A stretch of DNA of 63,873 nucleotides, counting the filler, from Asterionella formosa (Eukaryota), in the NCBI GenBank assembly GCA_002256025.1. It is 12 parts of 12 records of this genome, joined end to end, with 100 filler letters (N's around TTAATTAATTAA, not from the genome) between each part and the next. Parts side by side here need not be neighbours in the genome. Positions count along the whole stretch, not along the records: positions 32,226 to 37,521 come from NKIB01013127.1; positions 37,622 to 42,917 come from NKIB01013128.1; positions 43,018 to 48,313 come from NKIB01013129.1; positions 48,414 to 53,704 come from NKIB01013130.1; 8 more parts are not named here. One strand, 5' to 3'. This document shows, in pieces, positions 36,947 to 48,435 of the stretch. Made by a program: the position numbers and the translations under genes. The notes below the pieces were generated by a model. That model saw nothing but the letters and a program-made list of their open reading frames with translations, did no database searches and was not told the DNA's origin. Numbering within the stretch: position 1 is the stretch's first letter; every line of letters starts with the position of its first letter.

Positions 36947-37521
36947 ATGTTGCGCCCCTATGCCGGAGATGTGGCTACCCCATCTCGCCCCAGTCCGAAG
37001 GGAATGAAGCAGCGTCGCGCTTTAGTTGTCTTGGGTTTGCCGCTTATGGTGATTCTTGGCATTGTCAGTCCAAGTGACCTCTTCAAGAACTTGAGTTTCC
37101 GCAGGCTCGCGGTGAACTGCGTTCATAACATTTACGCCTTGGATAAGCAGATGGCTTTGGATATGCCAAACCCACCTGCTATTGATGCACTCCTCGAAAT
37201 CCCTTCCTACATTTCTATATGCAAAGAATGGGTTCAGCGTGGAACTGGCGCAGAGGAGGCCGCTTACACTGTAGAGGACGACAGTGTGTGCATGGACTGG
37301 ACGTCTCCTCACGAGCGTCTTTTGGAGATCATTTCTTCCTCCATTCTAGACCGTGTGAATGGAAAGTCTCGCTACCGTCATGATTGTTATCGTACCCGCC
37401 AGTTTGACGAGGCCGTTATTGGAATGGATCGCACTACCATCCAGCAGGTGATTCCTGTCGCTCGCATGGACCCTCACATCACGATGATCTCTTCTGATGA
37501 CATGAAGGCCCAGTGCAAGGT
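36947..37521 (+). CDS. Type II membrane/secreted protein of unknown function, paralog B (3' truncated)
   Basis: Inverted paralog of 32226-32803; the distal part is almost nucleotide-identical. Confidence 0.8.
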
Positions 37522-37621
37522 NNNNNNNNNNNNNNNNNNNNNNNNNNNNNNNNNNNNNNNNNNNNTTAATTAATTAANNNNNNNNNNNNNNNNNNNNNNN
37601 NNNNNNNNNNNNNNNNNNNNN

Positions 37622-38546
37622 ACATGACATCTGACAATGTATATGCTGCATCACCAACAAGATAAAAACCAGAATCAAATAATGCAGTTTTGTTGGGTAG
37701 AGCAGTTCTCTCAAATGCAACTTGATCACTGCATCGTCCAGGAGCAATCACCCCAAAAAATATAAATCTACTCTCAACATCACAGATAGCCTGAACATTG
37801 ATACCATAAGTCATGTAATGTCCAGAATAAAAAGCTCCTGGATTGTTTCCACAGTCACGTAGCGTGGGGCGACTAATTGTGGCTAAAAAGCCATCCATAG
37901 CACCAACACACCCTCTGATCAACCCTTTTGTGCTCTTTTGTTCAAAGGCTATAGCCAATTTCACCAAATCACTCCTTGTTTTAGGAAATATAATTTTCAG
38001 ATAATCACAGTTAAGCACGGCTTCAAGAAATAAATCTCGGCATCTATAGATTGAAGCTATGCTACATCCATAGGCATGACGAATGTCAATGTAGCTGCCT
38101 CCAGCCAACCATCAAAAGCCAATGGCCAGCACAATTTCTGGGTAAATGGGAGTAGCTGTACCGCACTTGGAGAAATTCCCAATGACATCACTCTCCAGCA
38201 AGTAAACCAACTTCTTAAAGGCTCGAAGGGACATTCTATAAGTCTTTTCAAAAGCGTCCTCATGACACAGCTTCTTGACATGAGAATGCCATGACATTCT
38301 CTCATGCTCCCATTTCGCCTTCCTCTTTTTAACTTTCGTTTCAGCCTCCATAGCCAGATGACAAAGGATAAAGAATTGATCATGGTCATCGTAATCAAAG
38401 AATTGATGGTTGTTTTCATTATCAAAAAATTGATTACTGATGACATCATTACCATCATCATCATTGCCATCGTTGATATTCACGGTACCTTCTTCTGTCC
38501 AATGTTGATCCACTTGTTCGTCATTGTGCACTGACAATGATGACAT
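37622..38546 (-). pseudogene. PIF/Harbinger (HARBI1-like DDE) transposase with one in-frame TGA, truncated by the contig end
   Basis: FEKTYRMS..AF..L, LAIGF*WLAGGSY, GCVGAMDG, INVQAICD, APG..SD, YLVGDAAY; the stop at 38112-38114 lies where Arg (CGA) is expected. Confidence 0.9.
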
Positions 38547-39668
38547 GGTGCTGATTGCTTGTAAACTTGAAAGGAGATGATGGCAAGCGGAAGTGTAAGA
38601 AGAAGTGTATAGACGATCTTGCATGTCTGTGTTGACTCATCATGTCAAATCAAGAATTTAGCAGGTATGTCAGCTATATATTCCATACTGCTACATAATA
38701 CGCGTAGTTTTCCTACATGGTTTTAGTAATGGAAAATTATCGAAATAATCTAGAGGGAAGCCTGGAGGGATATGCACATGATTGTAGCCAGCCCGTAACC
38801 GTTGGATTTTCGTGATACTTTTTGGGTGATACAATTTCATTTTTATTTTTGTGGAGAATGGATTTTTTCGGTTTAAATCGAGTAGCCGTTACATGATACT
38901 TTTTCAAAAAAAATGATACCAAATCGAAAATGATAAGAACAACCCTAAGATATATGGACATACCAGTAAAAATCATTTTTGATATTACGGGACCGGTATG
39001 CCTTGTGGCGGATGGTACCAGGTACCTGGTACCAGGTTCAAACTAGGGACCAGGTATAAATTCAAATTATTCCCCTTTGGAAGGTCTGGTAAAACACATT
39101 GTTAACTTCATGGTTGCAGGGGATCTGCTCATTCTTTCCAAGATTTGTTGAAAAATCTCAATGGATTCCAAAGATCAGCAGCATCATACAAATATTTTGT
39201 AATTGTTCTGATAATGGGACATTGCCACTGATTTGTTCAGTGTCACCCTTTCTATGAATTGCAAACTATTAACAGACTAAAGTCCATACTGTCTGACAGT
39301 TGAATTCCTCATTCTTGCTTTCTTCTATCATGTACATGTGCTGTTCTATCCGTGAGTTGACCAATGTTGTAGTATTTTTTCATGGAAGACAAATGATGAA
39401 GAATTTATTTTATAAAAATCGAACTATTATTTAAAAACTTGATAGCATCATTGATTGAGTTGAACAAGTCTAAAGATATATGCTACTTCTAGATGAAAGA
39501 AGTACTAATTGATAGTATATAAATATATAATTTTATATTCTTTGAAATAAATAAATGTAAAGTGAAGTCCTGCCTACGTTTGAGGGAAGCATGGACGGAA
39601 GTATGATATTGAGGAGAAAGATTATGAATGAGGTTCATACATGCAGCCACATTCATGCTTGGTGGATG

Positions 39669-41471
39669 CTAATAACATGCGGTGCAACAGGTACATGTCA
39701 CTTCAACATTTGGAGTTTTACAATCAGCTGTGAGATTGGTGAGAATGTTCCAATCATCTGGACCACTTAGATCTTTCAAGTTGCAAATTTCTTCAGGCAT
39801 GGTGCCAATGAGTTTATTTGAGTGAAGGTACAATCTGATCAAATTACTGAAAATTCCAAATTCAGTAGGAATGGTTCCTGTGAGAGAATTGAAACTCAAA
39901 TCCATTTCATTCATGCCACTAAGTTTTCCAATTTCACTAGGAATTTTTCCTGTGAGCACATTATGAGATACATTCAGGGAATTCAAATCTATGTCACCCA
40001 ATTGAGTAGGAATGGGTCCAGACAGCTTGTTGGAACTCAAATGCATTTCCCACAGACTTGTAAGTGTTCCCAGCTGAGAAGGAATTGTTCCAGTGAGTGT
40101 GTTTGAATGCAAATGCATTATCCACAGATTTAGAAGTGTTCCCAATTGACTAGGAATTGGTCCAGAGAGTTTGTTTGAATTCAAATACATTCCCAAAAGA
40201 TTTGTTAGTAAACCCAATTCACTAGGAATTGATCCAGTGAGAGTGTTTGAATTCAAACTCATTCCCCAAAGATTTGTAAGTCTTCCCAATTGAGTAGTAA
40301 TAGATCCAGAGAGGTTGTTGTTTTCCAAATCCATGGATGACAGTGAAGTCATATGACCAAATTCACTTGGAATAGCTCCATTGAGGTTATTATTACTCAA
40401 AAACAATTCTCCCAGAAGGCTGAGTTTGCCTAATGTAGTAGGAATCGGTCCAGAGAGCTTGTTTGAAATCAAATCCATGTATAACAGTGAAGTCATACCA
40501 CCAAATTGACTTGGAATAGCTCCATTGAGGTTATTATTTCTCAAATACAATGCTTCCAGGAGGCTGAGTTTACCCATTTCAGAAGGAATAAGTCCAGAGA
40601 GCTTGTTGTCACGCAAATCCATGAATACCAGTGAAGTCATACCACCAAATTGACTAGGAATAGCTCCGTTGAGGTTATTGTTCCTCAAAAGCAATGCTCC
40701 CAGAAGGCTGAGTTTGCCCAATGTAGTAGGAATTGGTCCTGAGATGTCAAGATTGTCCTGAATGTCAATGTTTGTCAAACGGGTGAGCTTGCCTAATGAA
40801 GATGGAATGGTTCCAACAAGATTATTCGATGAAAGACTGAGGGACTGCAGAAGGCTGAGCTGGCCCAATTCCACAGGTATCTTTCCAGAAAGGTGATTAG
40901 CACTGAAATCCATGTTGTTCAAAAGCTTGCTCCATTGACGAGGGACTGCTCCTCTGAGATGATTCCAAGAAATGCTCACAAATTTTAGGTTCAGTAGATT
41001 ACTAACAACACCAGGAATGATACCAGTGATATCATTGCTTGAAATGTCCAAGTGTGTTAGTCTGGTGAGTTTTCCGATCTCAATGGGTATTGATCCCGAG
41101 ATATAATTGCTTCTTAAATCGAGATGGACAAGAGTTGTGAGCTTTCCCAACTCACTGGGAATCGATCTTTTGAGAAAGGAATTCAATGTCATGGAGGTCA
41201 ACTGAGTCAGTCCAACAATGGATTGTGGAAGTGCAAAACTTTGAAAAGAATCAAATTGAGTGAAGTTTTTGATGGTGCAAGGAATAGTTTCTCCAAACAA
41301 AACAACGTTGTTGAAAGAATCACATGCCTTGATGCATTTTCCAGTTGACTTGCTGATATAATACCCAGGTTTTTGAGCACATGATGGAGTATTCGCAAGA
41401 ATGCGTGCCTCAACAGGTGCAACAATCATGGAAGCATGAACAAGAAGATACGCAAACTTTAGGAGCTTCAT
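39669..41471 (-). CDS. Secreted plant-type 24-aa LRR protein (receptor-like, no kinase or TM)
   Basis: Signal peptide MKLLKFAYLLVHASMIVAPVEA, about 20 L..L.L..N.LSG.IP repeats, and a Cys-rich C-cap LTADC...VTCTCCTACY. Confidence 0.92.
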   Translation of the reverse strand: MKLLKFAYLLVHASMIVAPVEARILANTPSCAQKPGYYISKSTGKCIKACDSFNNVVLFGETIPCTIKNFTQFDSFQSFALPQSIVGLTQLTSMTLNSFLKRSIPSELGKLTTLVHLDLRSNYISGSIPIEIGKLTRLTHLDISSNDITGIIPGVVSNLLNLKFVSISWNHLRGAVPRQWSKLLNNMDFSANHLSGKIPVELGQLSLLQSLSLSSNNLVGTIPSSLGKLTRLTNIDIQDNLDISGPIPTTLGKLSLLGALLLRNNNLNGAIPSQFGGMTSLVFMDLRDNKLSGLIPSEMGKLSLLEALYLRNNNLNGAIPSQFGGMTSLLYMDLISNKLSGPIPTTLGKLSLLGELFLSNNNLNGAIPSEFGHMTSLSSMDLENNNLSGSITTQLGRLTNLWGMSLNSNTLTGSIPSELGLLTNLLGMYLNSNKLSGPIPSQLGTLLNLWIMHLHSNTLTGTIPSQLGTLTSLWEMHLSSNKLSGPIPTQLGDIDLNSLNVSHNVLTGKIPSEIGKLSGMNEMDLSFNSLTGTIPTEFGIFSNLIRLYLHSNKLIGTMPEEICNLKDLSGPDDWNILTNLTADCKTPNVEVTCTCCTACY

Positions 41472-42360
41472 GGTGTGATTATTCAATGATACCTTGAGAT
41501 GATAAGGTTAAGTAGAACAATAATATAAAGGTGAAGGATTGAAATATTACAGTAAAGAAATTATGATTATAATCTTCCATGAAAAACAGTTTGTTGCGTC
41601 GTTGTATTATGGGGAGTTTCAATTCGCATTTGTAACACTTTGAGGTCTTCGCTTCGCTTCGCTTCACTTGACTGCATTTTGATCCCAGAAGACATGAAAA
41701 CCCATTTCTCCGAATTGATGAACAATCGTGACAAGGACTGGGCGAAGCAATGGGAAGGCATTGAAGAGAAATGCCTGAATGTTCTATCGCGGAGTAATTT
41801 TGTGTTCCTCAATTTGCATTCTTTGTTGCTTTGTCACTTCACCGCATTCCAATCCCAGAGAACAGAGTTGACAATTCTTGTTCTCCGTTGAGCCCTACAA
41901 TCGACAGTCGAATGTATTTTTCTGTGAAGATGGCAAAAGCGAATGCAATTATTTTGAGACGCCTCCCATTTGCTTCTTTTCGTTCCTCCTCATCGACTGT
42001 AAATAATCATACCGATACTACCCGGTATGCGCTGCACAGCAAAAACGAGAAAAAAGGGAAGGCATTGCTGCCTGATGACTCTTCCATGTTCTCTGACTGA
42101 GTAACTTATTGTGAGCTTAAGCAAAGAATGCTTGAACAATGAAACCAAACACGAGTAAATGGGAACACGCTGGATGTTTGATAGTTACCAAATGGTGTAA
42201 TGTACCGCGCTATATACGTAACAATGTGGTGGAGTGAGTATCCATACGGGTGCGCTAAGATCCATTTTATTCCTTGCTATTTCATTGTTATAGAGACAAC
42301 TGGATACCGGGTAGTCCCGGTCGTGGTGAATCTGAGATGCTTGAATATAAAGTGGGAGTA

Positions 42361-42917
42361 TGTTGAAAGGTCTCGTACTCCTTCCCGTCTGACGGGTTCC
42401 TCTTACGTAGAACTTACCTGTTATACCACTAGTATTGTTATCTTCTTTCTGCTGCTAGCCTTCGTGCTAGTTTTCGCTATTGACCTTACTCTGTCAATTC
42501 TCACTGTTTCTTAATTATAAAATTAAACTAAAACTAAGTTTCAATCCCATTCATCACACTTCGAGAACCTGTTCTTCGTGTTCCCTTTTCGTTGATGTAA
42601 ACCTTCTTCTGATTGATCTAAGACATCAATCTCGTTAGCAAGCTTCTTGACATGGGAACGCACCATTTGACTCATTGGACTATAATCGAGTCCACAGTCC
42701 TTGTGACTCATTATAGCCATTGATGCTAAATTCTTGACATCCTCCTCGTTACCATGTTCAAGAAGTTCTAAAATTGTACCACTCAGCACGGGTCCAGATA
42801 ACCTTGTAAAAATCTGCTCTTTGACATTCTTCGTCAAAATGTCTGCTGGATTGTTTTCTGATCTTAGAAAAACAATATGCAACTCACCCTCATCTATCAT
42901 GTTCTTGACATGATGAA
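42361..42917 (-). mobile_element. 3' end of a Ty1/copia LTR retrotransposon: RNase H tail, polypurine tract and LTR (42361-42739)
   Basis: LHIVFLRSENNPADILTKN motif; minus-strand PPT GAGGAGGA directly before TGTCAAG; LTR ends TTCAACA. Confidence 0.85.
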
Positions 42918-43017
42918 NNNNNNNNNNNNNNNNNNNNNNNNNNNNNNNNNNNNNNNNNNNNTTAATTAATTAANNNNNNNNNNNNNNNNNNNNNNNNNNN
43001 NNNNNNNNNNNNNNNNN

Positions 43018-43381
43018 AAAACTTCACATGAAACAGTTAAAACTTCACATGAAACCGTTAAAACTTCACATGAAACCGTTAAAAGTAACCTTTTTACGTG
43101 AAGAGTGGCATTAATGCATGTGAAGTACCACATAATTAACACTCGTACGTAAACGAAATTTCGAAAAGTCAAATGAATTATTTGAAACATCAACTAATTC
43201 AGTCTCGCGTTCAAAATTCATTGTGAAAACTTCACATGAAACAGTTAAAACTTCACATGAAACAGTTAAAAGTAATCTTTTTTACGTGAAGAGTGGCATT
43301 AATGCATGTGAAGTACCACATAATTAACACTCATACGTAGACGAAATTTCGAAAAGTGGCGTATTTCGCGTCTTAGATGTA
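43018..43381 (-). mobile_element. Terminus of the TIR family at 17458, with 20-bp subterminal repeats
   Basis: Ends TTTCGCGTCTTAGATG|TA; repeated AAAACTTCACATGAAACMGTT. Confidence 0.8.
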
Positions 43382-44473
43382 CTGTTGTGAATCCAGGAGC
43401 AGTACTACTAGATGCATTGCTGATTAACACTAAAGTCTATTTTTGTTAATTCAATTTCTACGAACATGAAGAGTGAATAGTTTGTCATCCTAATAATTAG
43501 AATGGTGACATCGGAAGATTGTTGAATATGGCTGGCTGGACACCTCATGGGACAGCAGGCAAATTTACTTTCAAGTGTATCCACCTGCACCTAACAGCCT
43601 CCTTCCCATACAGCAATCCCAAATCGCCGCTCCAGTCTGTCTCTGAACATCATGATAATGGATCAACGATAAACACCCAAAACTCCGTTGCCAAGATTAT
43701 TTCCTCTTCATGCCTTCTGTTTGTCTTCATGTTGCGCTAAATCGCGAACTGGTGCCTACTTTTGGAGGTTTATGAAAGAAGACATGCATATCATTAGAAG
43801 AAATTCCAGCAATGACAGTTGACAATCAACAATGAAGGCGGCGAGGATTGTGATAGCTCTGACACCATGTCAGTCACAATGGGCTTACCTTTTCCTCCAC
43901 AATCGTTGCTTCTTTAACTAACAGGCCTCCACCAAAGCTATATCCACGAAACAGATACTGTTTAGTATCAAAACCCTACCAGAAGATTGGATGGAGTACC
44001 GGTATTGCGAATATTTGTCCGAAGATGGAGACCGGGTACGGTATATACCGGTAATCAAACAATATACTGGTAACTGAACATTGTGTACATGGTATAAATA
44101 CAGTAGATAGGAGTATACCCGAAGTTAATTTTATTTTACCGGTATGATATTGTGTACATGTATTATGCCTTGTATCGTTACCTGGTACCAGGTACGAGGG
44201 AGGTACGGGAAACTCCGTACTTCCTCGCTACGTGGAAAATTCCTTATGATCGTTGATACACGTGGAAAATTCCTTATGATCGTTGATACATGCCTGTTTG
44301 AGCCAGTAAATTGGCGACCCGCTGATTTCACGCGTCTGCAAATAAAATATATATCGTACTTATAAGATCAGGGGTATCATATGATAACTGGCACAGAAAT
44401 TTTCTGTGCATGATACATATTTTGTTAAATGTACGATAAATGCATACTATGAAAGTGAACAGGCTAAGGCTTA

Positions 44474-45121
44474 CCGTATACTTCATTGTCCTGGACCCCC
44501 CAATGTACACTGCCGTGACTGAATTTGACTGATTTTACTTAAGGGGGGCCCAGGACAATGAAGAGATTTCCCTTATAATGGACCTAAGTAAATTTCTTTA
44601 GTTCTGCAGGATAGCGCACATTTTTCTAAGATGGATTAATATGACAATTATTTCCGTCTTGTGAAAAATGAGAGAGTTCTTCACCTCGCAAGAAAAACGC
44701 GACTTCATGTTGTTATCGGCGATCTCAATTTTCGTTGTCATTATTAGTGTTATTACTTTACTTCTTTTACGATTGTATTTTCCATGTCATTTTCAATACA
44801 TGTAGCAAGTAGCAAAGCGTCGTTCTCTATTTTCGTGGAGATAATTCGTATTTTCGTCATGGTCAAGGTTGCGACAACATCATGAAGGATTCTCCAGCTG
44901 CTCACAGCCACTACCTGTCGTCTCTTGTGTTTTGTATGCACAAAAGAATCGCAAAATGGTAGCTAAATTATTACATACTAGTGCCTACGAGGACAAAAAT
45001 CATTATAGCACGTTACTTTGTCTATGACAAGAAAATTATTGGGTGTTTGGTTCCACCTCAAAAAAATCTACAGGGGGGTCCAGCAACCATAGGGGGGGGT
45101 CCAGGACAATGAAGTATACGG
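44474..45121. mobile_element. 648-bp TA-flanked MITE (Tc1/mariner-pogo-like)
   Basis: Perfect ~28-bp TIRs TA|CCGTATACTTCATTGTCCTGGACCCCCC ... GGGGGGTCCAGGACAATGAAGTATACGG|TA. Confidence 0.9.
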
Positions 45122-45350
45122 TACTCATAATTATCAAACCACCATATAATTATCAAAACATTATACTTTGATGTACTATATTCTTTTATCATATACCTAT
45201 CCTGCCTTATATGATGGTAACTCTAATCGAAATAGCTGTTAAAAATAGGTTGAAATGGATTGTAATTTTACTGTTATATCACGAAATCATTTTTATGTTT
45301 CTACATTTTGTGCGGTTAAACAGCCAATGTTCGTCCCCTTTTCTATTGTC

Positions 45351-45580
45351 TCAATGCTCTGCTTGAGGATGCCTGCCTCTCCCCCGCTTCCCTTCAATGC
45401 TCATGAGGATGCATGCCTCCCCTGCCTTCCTTCAATACTCTTGAGGATACATAAGCAGTCTCCTGCTTCCCTTCAATGCTCTTGAGGATGCCTGCCTCTC
45501 CCCCGCTTCCCTTCAATGCTCTTGAGGATGCATTGCCTCCTGCCTTCAAATCTCTTGATGCATGCCTCCCGCCTCCCTTC
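45351..45580. repeat. Pyrimidine-rich minisatellite, ~35-40 bp unit
   Basis: Recurring CTTCAATGCTCTTGAGGATGC...CCTC. Confidence 0.85.
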
Positions 45581-46572
45581 CACTCAGATTCTGAAACTCA
45601 TCTGACTGCATGCTGCAAATCCCATTTCCTTCTGATCCGATTCTATTTTATCTATTTTGATTTCCTAATCATAACAACAATGAGAAGGAATTACTTGCTT
45701 GTTAGCCATGTTTTGTTTATATCTCAACACTGCAGTCCCATTTTAGCATGCTCCACATACCAGAAATCAATGAACTCTTCGCATAATTCAGTAAAATAAT
45801 GTGTCAGTCAATGATCACATAAGAACAAATCAATAAACTGTTCCACCAATGTCATTTATAACTTACAACAAAAATCTTTGATTAAAATTATCCAGAAAGA
45901 TTGAAAAACAAACATGTGTCAGTCGTGATGTTCTAACGTATCCTGAAAGATTGAAAAACAAACATGTGTCAGTGATGTTCTAACAGTGGCTCATTGATCC
46001 AACAAGAGCATTTACAAGTTTTTGGTCGACATTGGTGGTATCCCGCTGAATGCGAAATGTGCTTTTGAATTGCTAGGGAAAGAGGCAATCATTTAGTCTT
46101 TGTGAACCCAACAATTGATCACCTTGGCATGTACTCTTGACATACCACTGGCTGTGTCCTCTCCTTCTTGTCATACCGATATTTGTTTAAGGTCACTTGT
46201 CATACCGATATTTGTTTAAGGTCACACTTGTAGCATCAAAATTTTTCCCGACGAAGTAAGACTGCGCCAGGTTTTTTCATGTAGATTGTAGGTTCTGTTG
46301 GTACAAAGTTGAAGTCATGGCTGCGCCAGGATTTTTGACCCTCTGAATTCATAAAGACAACATTTAACCACCACTGTGCACAATATAGTATGTTTTCAAC
46401 ATGGGGACAACCCTTAAAAGCAGCATCCCTTTCTAGCTTTTCAGCGCCTCACCATTAACAAATCCTACATCAGCCAAGAACTCACATATTGTTTGTTGAA
46501 ACAATAGAAGGTGGAATGACACAACATTGAGATCGTAAGCAATCAATGCTTTTAAATGATATTTCGTAAAGT

Positions 46573-46918
46573 GACAAGATTTTAATATTATTGGATAATC
46601 CTACTACTTTGGATAATCGTGGATGAGGTCCTTATACTATTATTCAAGTACATGCCAATGGTACAGTTACTTTTCAACGCACTATGCACATTACAGAACG
46701 AATTAATATTCGTCGTATCAAACCTTTTCATAGGTAAAAGGTTTTCCCTCAAGTGTGGGAGAGTGAGCAATCCTGCACATCGATACAGATGTATATAGGG
46801 TTAGGGGTATATCAAATATATCGGAATTCAATAATGAGAGAACTCGACTCACACCCATTCTATACTTTGATTTCAGTTCAGGAAATGAGTTGTACATAAG
46901 GATTAATTAATAAGCTCA
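46573..46918 (+). mobile_element. Ty3/gypsy 3' remnant: integrase GPY/F tail, polypurine tract and short LTR (46764-46918)
   Basis: Translates DKILILLDNPTTLDNRG*GPYTIIQVHANGTVTFQRTMHITERINIRRIKPFHR*; GGGAGAG is followed by TGAGC...GCTCA inverted ends. Confidence 0.75.
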
Positions 46919-47394
46919 TATACGGTATTCAACAAATACTACTACTTCTAGATAGATACTTCACCAGGTTCCGGTACCATAGTCTACCGGTAGTTTCCTC
47001 GGAGCAGTGCACCGGTACATCCTTTCTCTACGGCAGTTTCTCCCGTCATTTGTTCCTGTGTAAATATATATATATATAGGTATATCAATATATATTCTAC
47101 ATGTAGAAAACACACAGAGTGAATGCCGCGCACGCACCGGTACCGGTAGTACAGGTGTGTATGTAGTATCAGTCATCATCATCATCATCATAATCATCAT
47201 CTTGATGCTTTCATTGTGTGCCTCACCTTGCCTCGCCTCGCCTCGCCTCGCCTTTGTTGTTTTCTAAAGCAAAAGAGAGGATCAACAGCAACTCTGTTGC
47301 AGCGCCTCCCATGGAATAAATCAAGTTTGTTTGCGCTCATTCATTCATTCATTCATTCATTCATTGTCGTCATTTGAGACGTGCATGTCTCAGA

Positions 47395-48313
47395 ATGATA
47401 TTGCAGCAGCTGATTGTTGTCGGCTATTGTTGTGGTTTGGCATTCTCCACTATTACTACTACCACAACTACTACTGAGACTCGTCGAAATGGCATCAATT
47501 GGCGCAATCGAGACTACTCACATAATCCAGTCACCATTCGAGAATCCAATTACATTTCGCTTCGAGATGATTCAGGTATTTCTGCAGCTGTCTGTCATCG
47601 CACCTTGTTTGGTAACATTTCACTCGATCCTATCTTTGCCTTTGTCTCCTACTATCGACTGCTTGGATTTGATCATGTTTTCTTTTGGTATCGTCCAGAA
47701 GTTGCAAAGCTCCAGAGATTTCAAGAACTCCATGATTTACCCTATGTCACCATGACACAGTACGATGGTGGAGGCAGAGAACATGGACAAGAGATTGTTC
47801 ATCATTTGTGTTTGAAAAATGACACCTATGCTGGTACTTATGATTGGGCTCTTATTATTGATATTGATGAATATCTTTGGTTCAAAAAGAAACAATCTAT
47901 CAAATCATTCATATTGGAATATCAGCTAGTAAGGAACAAGACATATATCTCGTTTGGGAAATGGATGTACACTGTCAAACATTCTACAACAACATTGGAT
48001 TCAGGATTTGGATTGGATGAATATCCATATACAATAGCCAAGTCATATTGCCTTTTCAAAAATGACACTTCCAAAAGGTTTGCCATGGGAGCAAGTTACT
48101 GTCCTACATATCAAGGTCGAGCCAAGATATTAATCAACGTGAAACATTATCCAACGTTTTATACTAAATTTCTTATTCACGGGGACCCCAAGGTGGTACC
48201 CAATAGTAGTATCCATGTGGACTTGAGGGAGGCCCATTTGAAGGAATGGTGTCACTTAATGTCTGTAAAGAATTATCGAGCTGGCAAGTCTAGGATAATA
48301 ATACGAAATGACA
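47395..48313 (+). CDS. GT92/DUF23-like GT-A glycosyltransferase, 3' truncated
   Basis: Hydrophobic N-terminus, FVSYYRLLGFDHVFFW, Q...H.CL and the DxD motif WALIIDIDEYL. Confidence 0.7.
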
Positions 48314-48435
48314 NNNNNNNNNNNNNNNNNNNNNNNNNNNNNNNNNNNNNNNNNNNNTTAATTAATTAANNNNNNNNNNNNNNNNNNNNNNNNNNNNNNN
48401 NNNNNNNNNNNNNCAACAACAACAATTGTACCATC

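Noticed and set aside
43018..43270. CRISPR-like array of 20-bp repeats
   Set aside because: Repeats are contiguous without unique spacers, lie in a TE subterminus, and no cas genes are present
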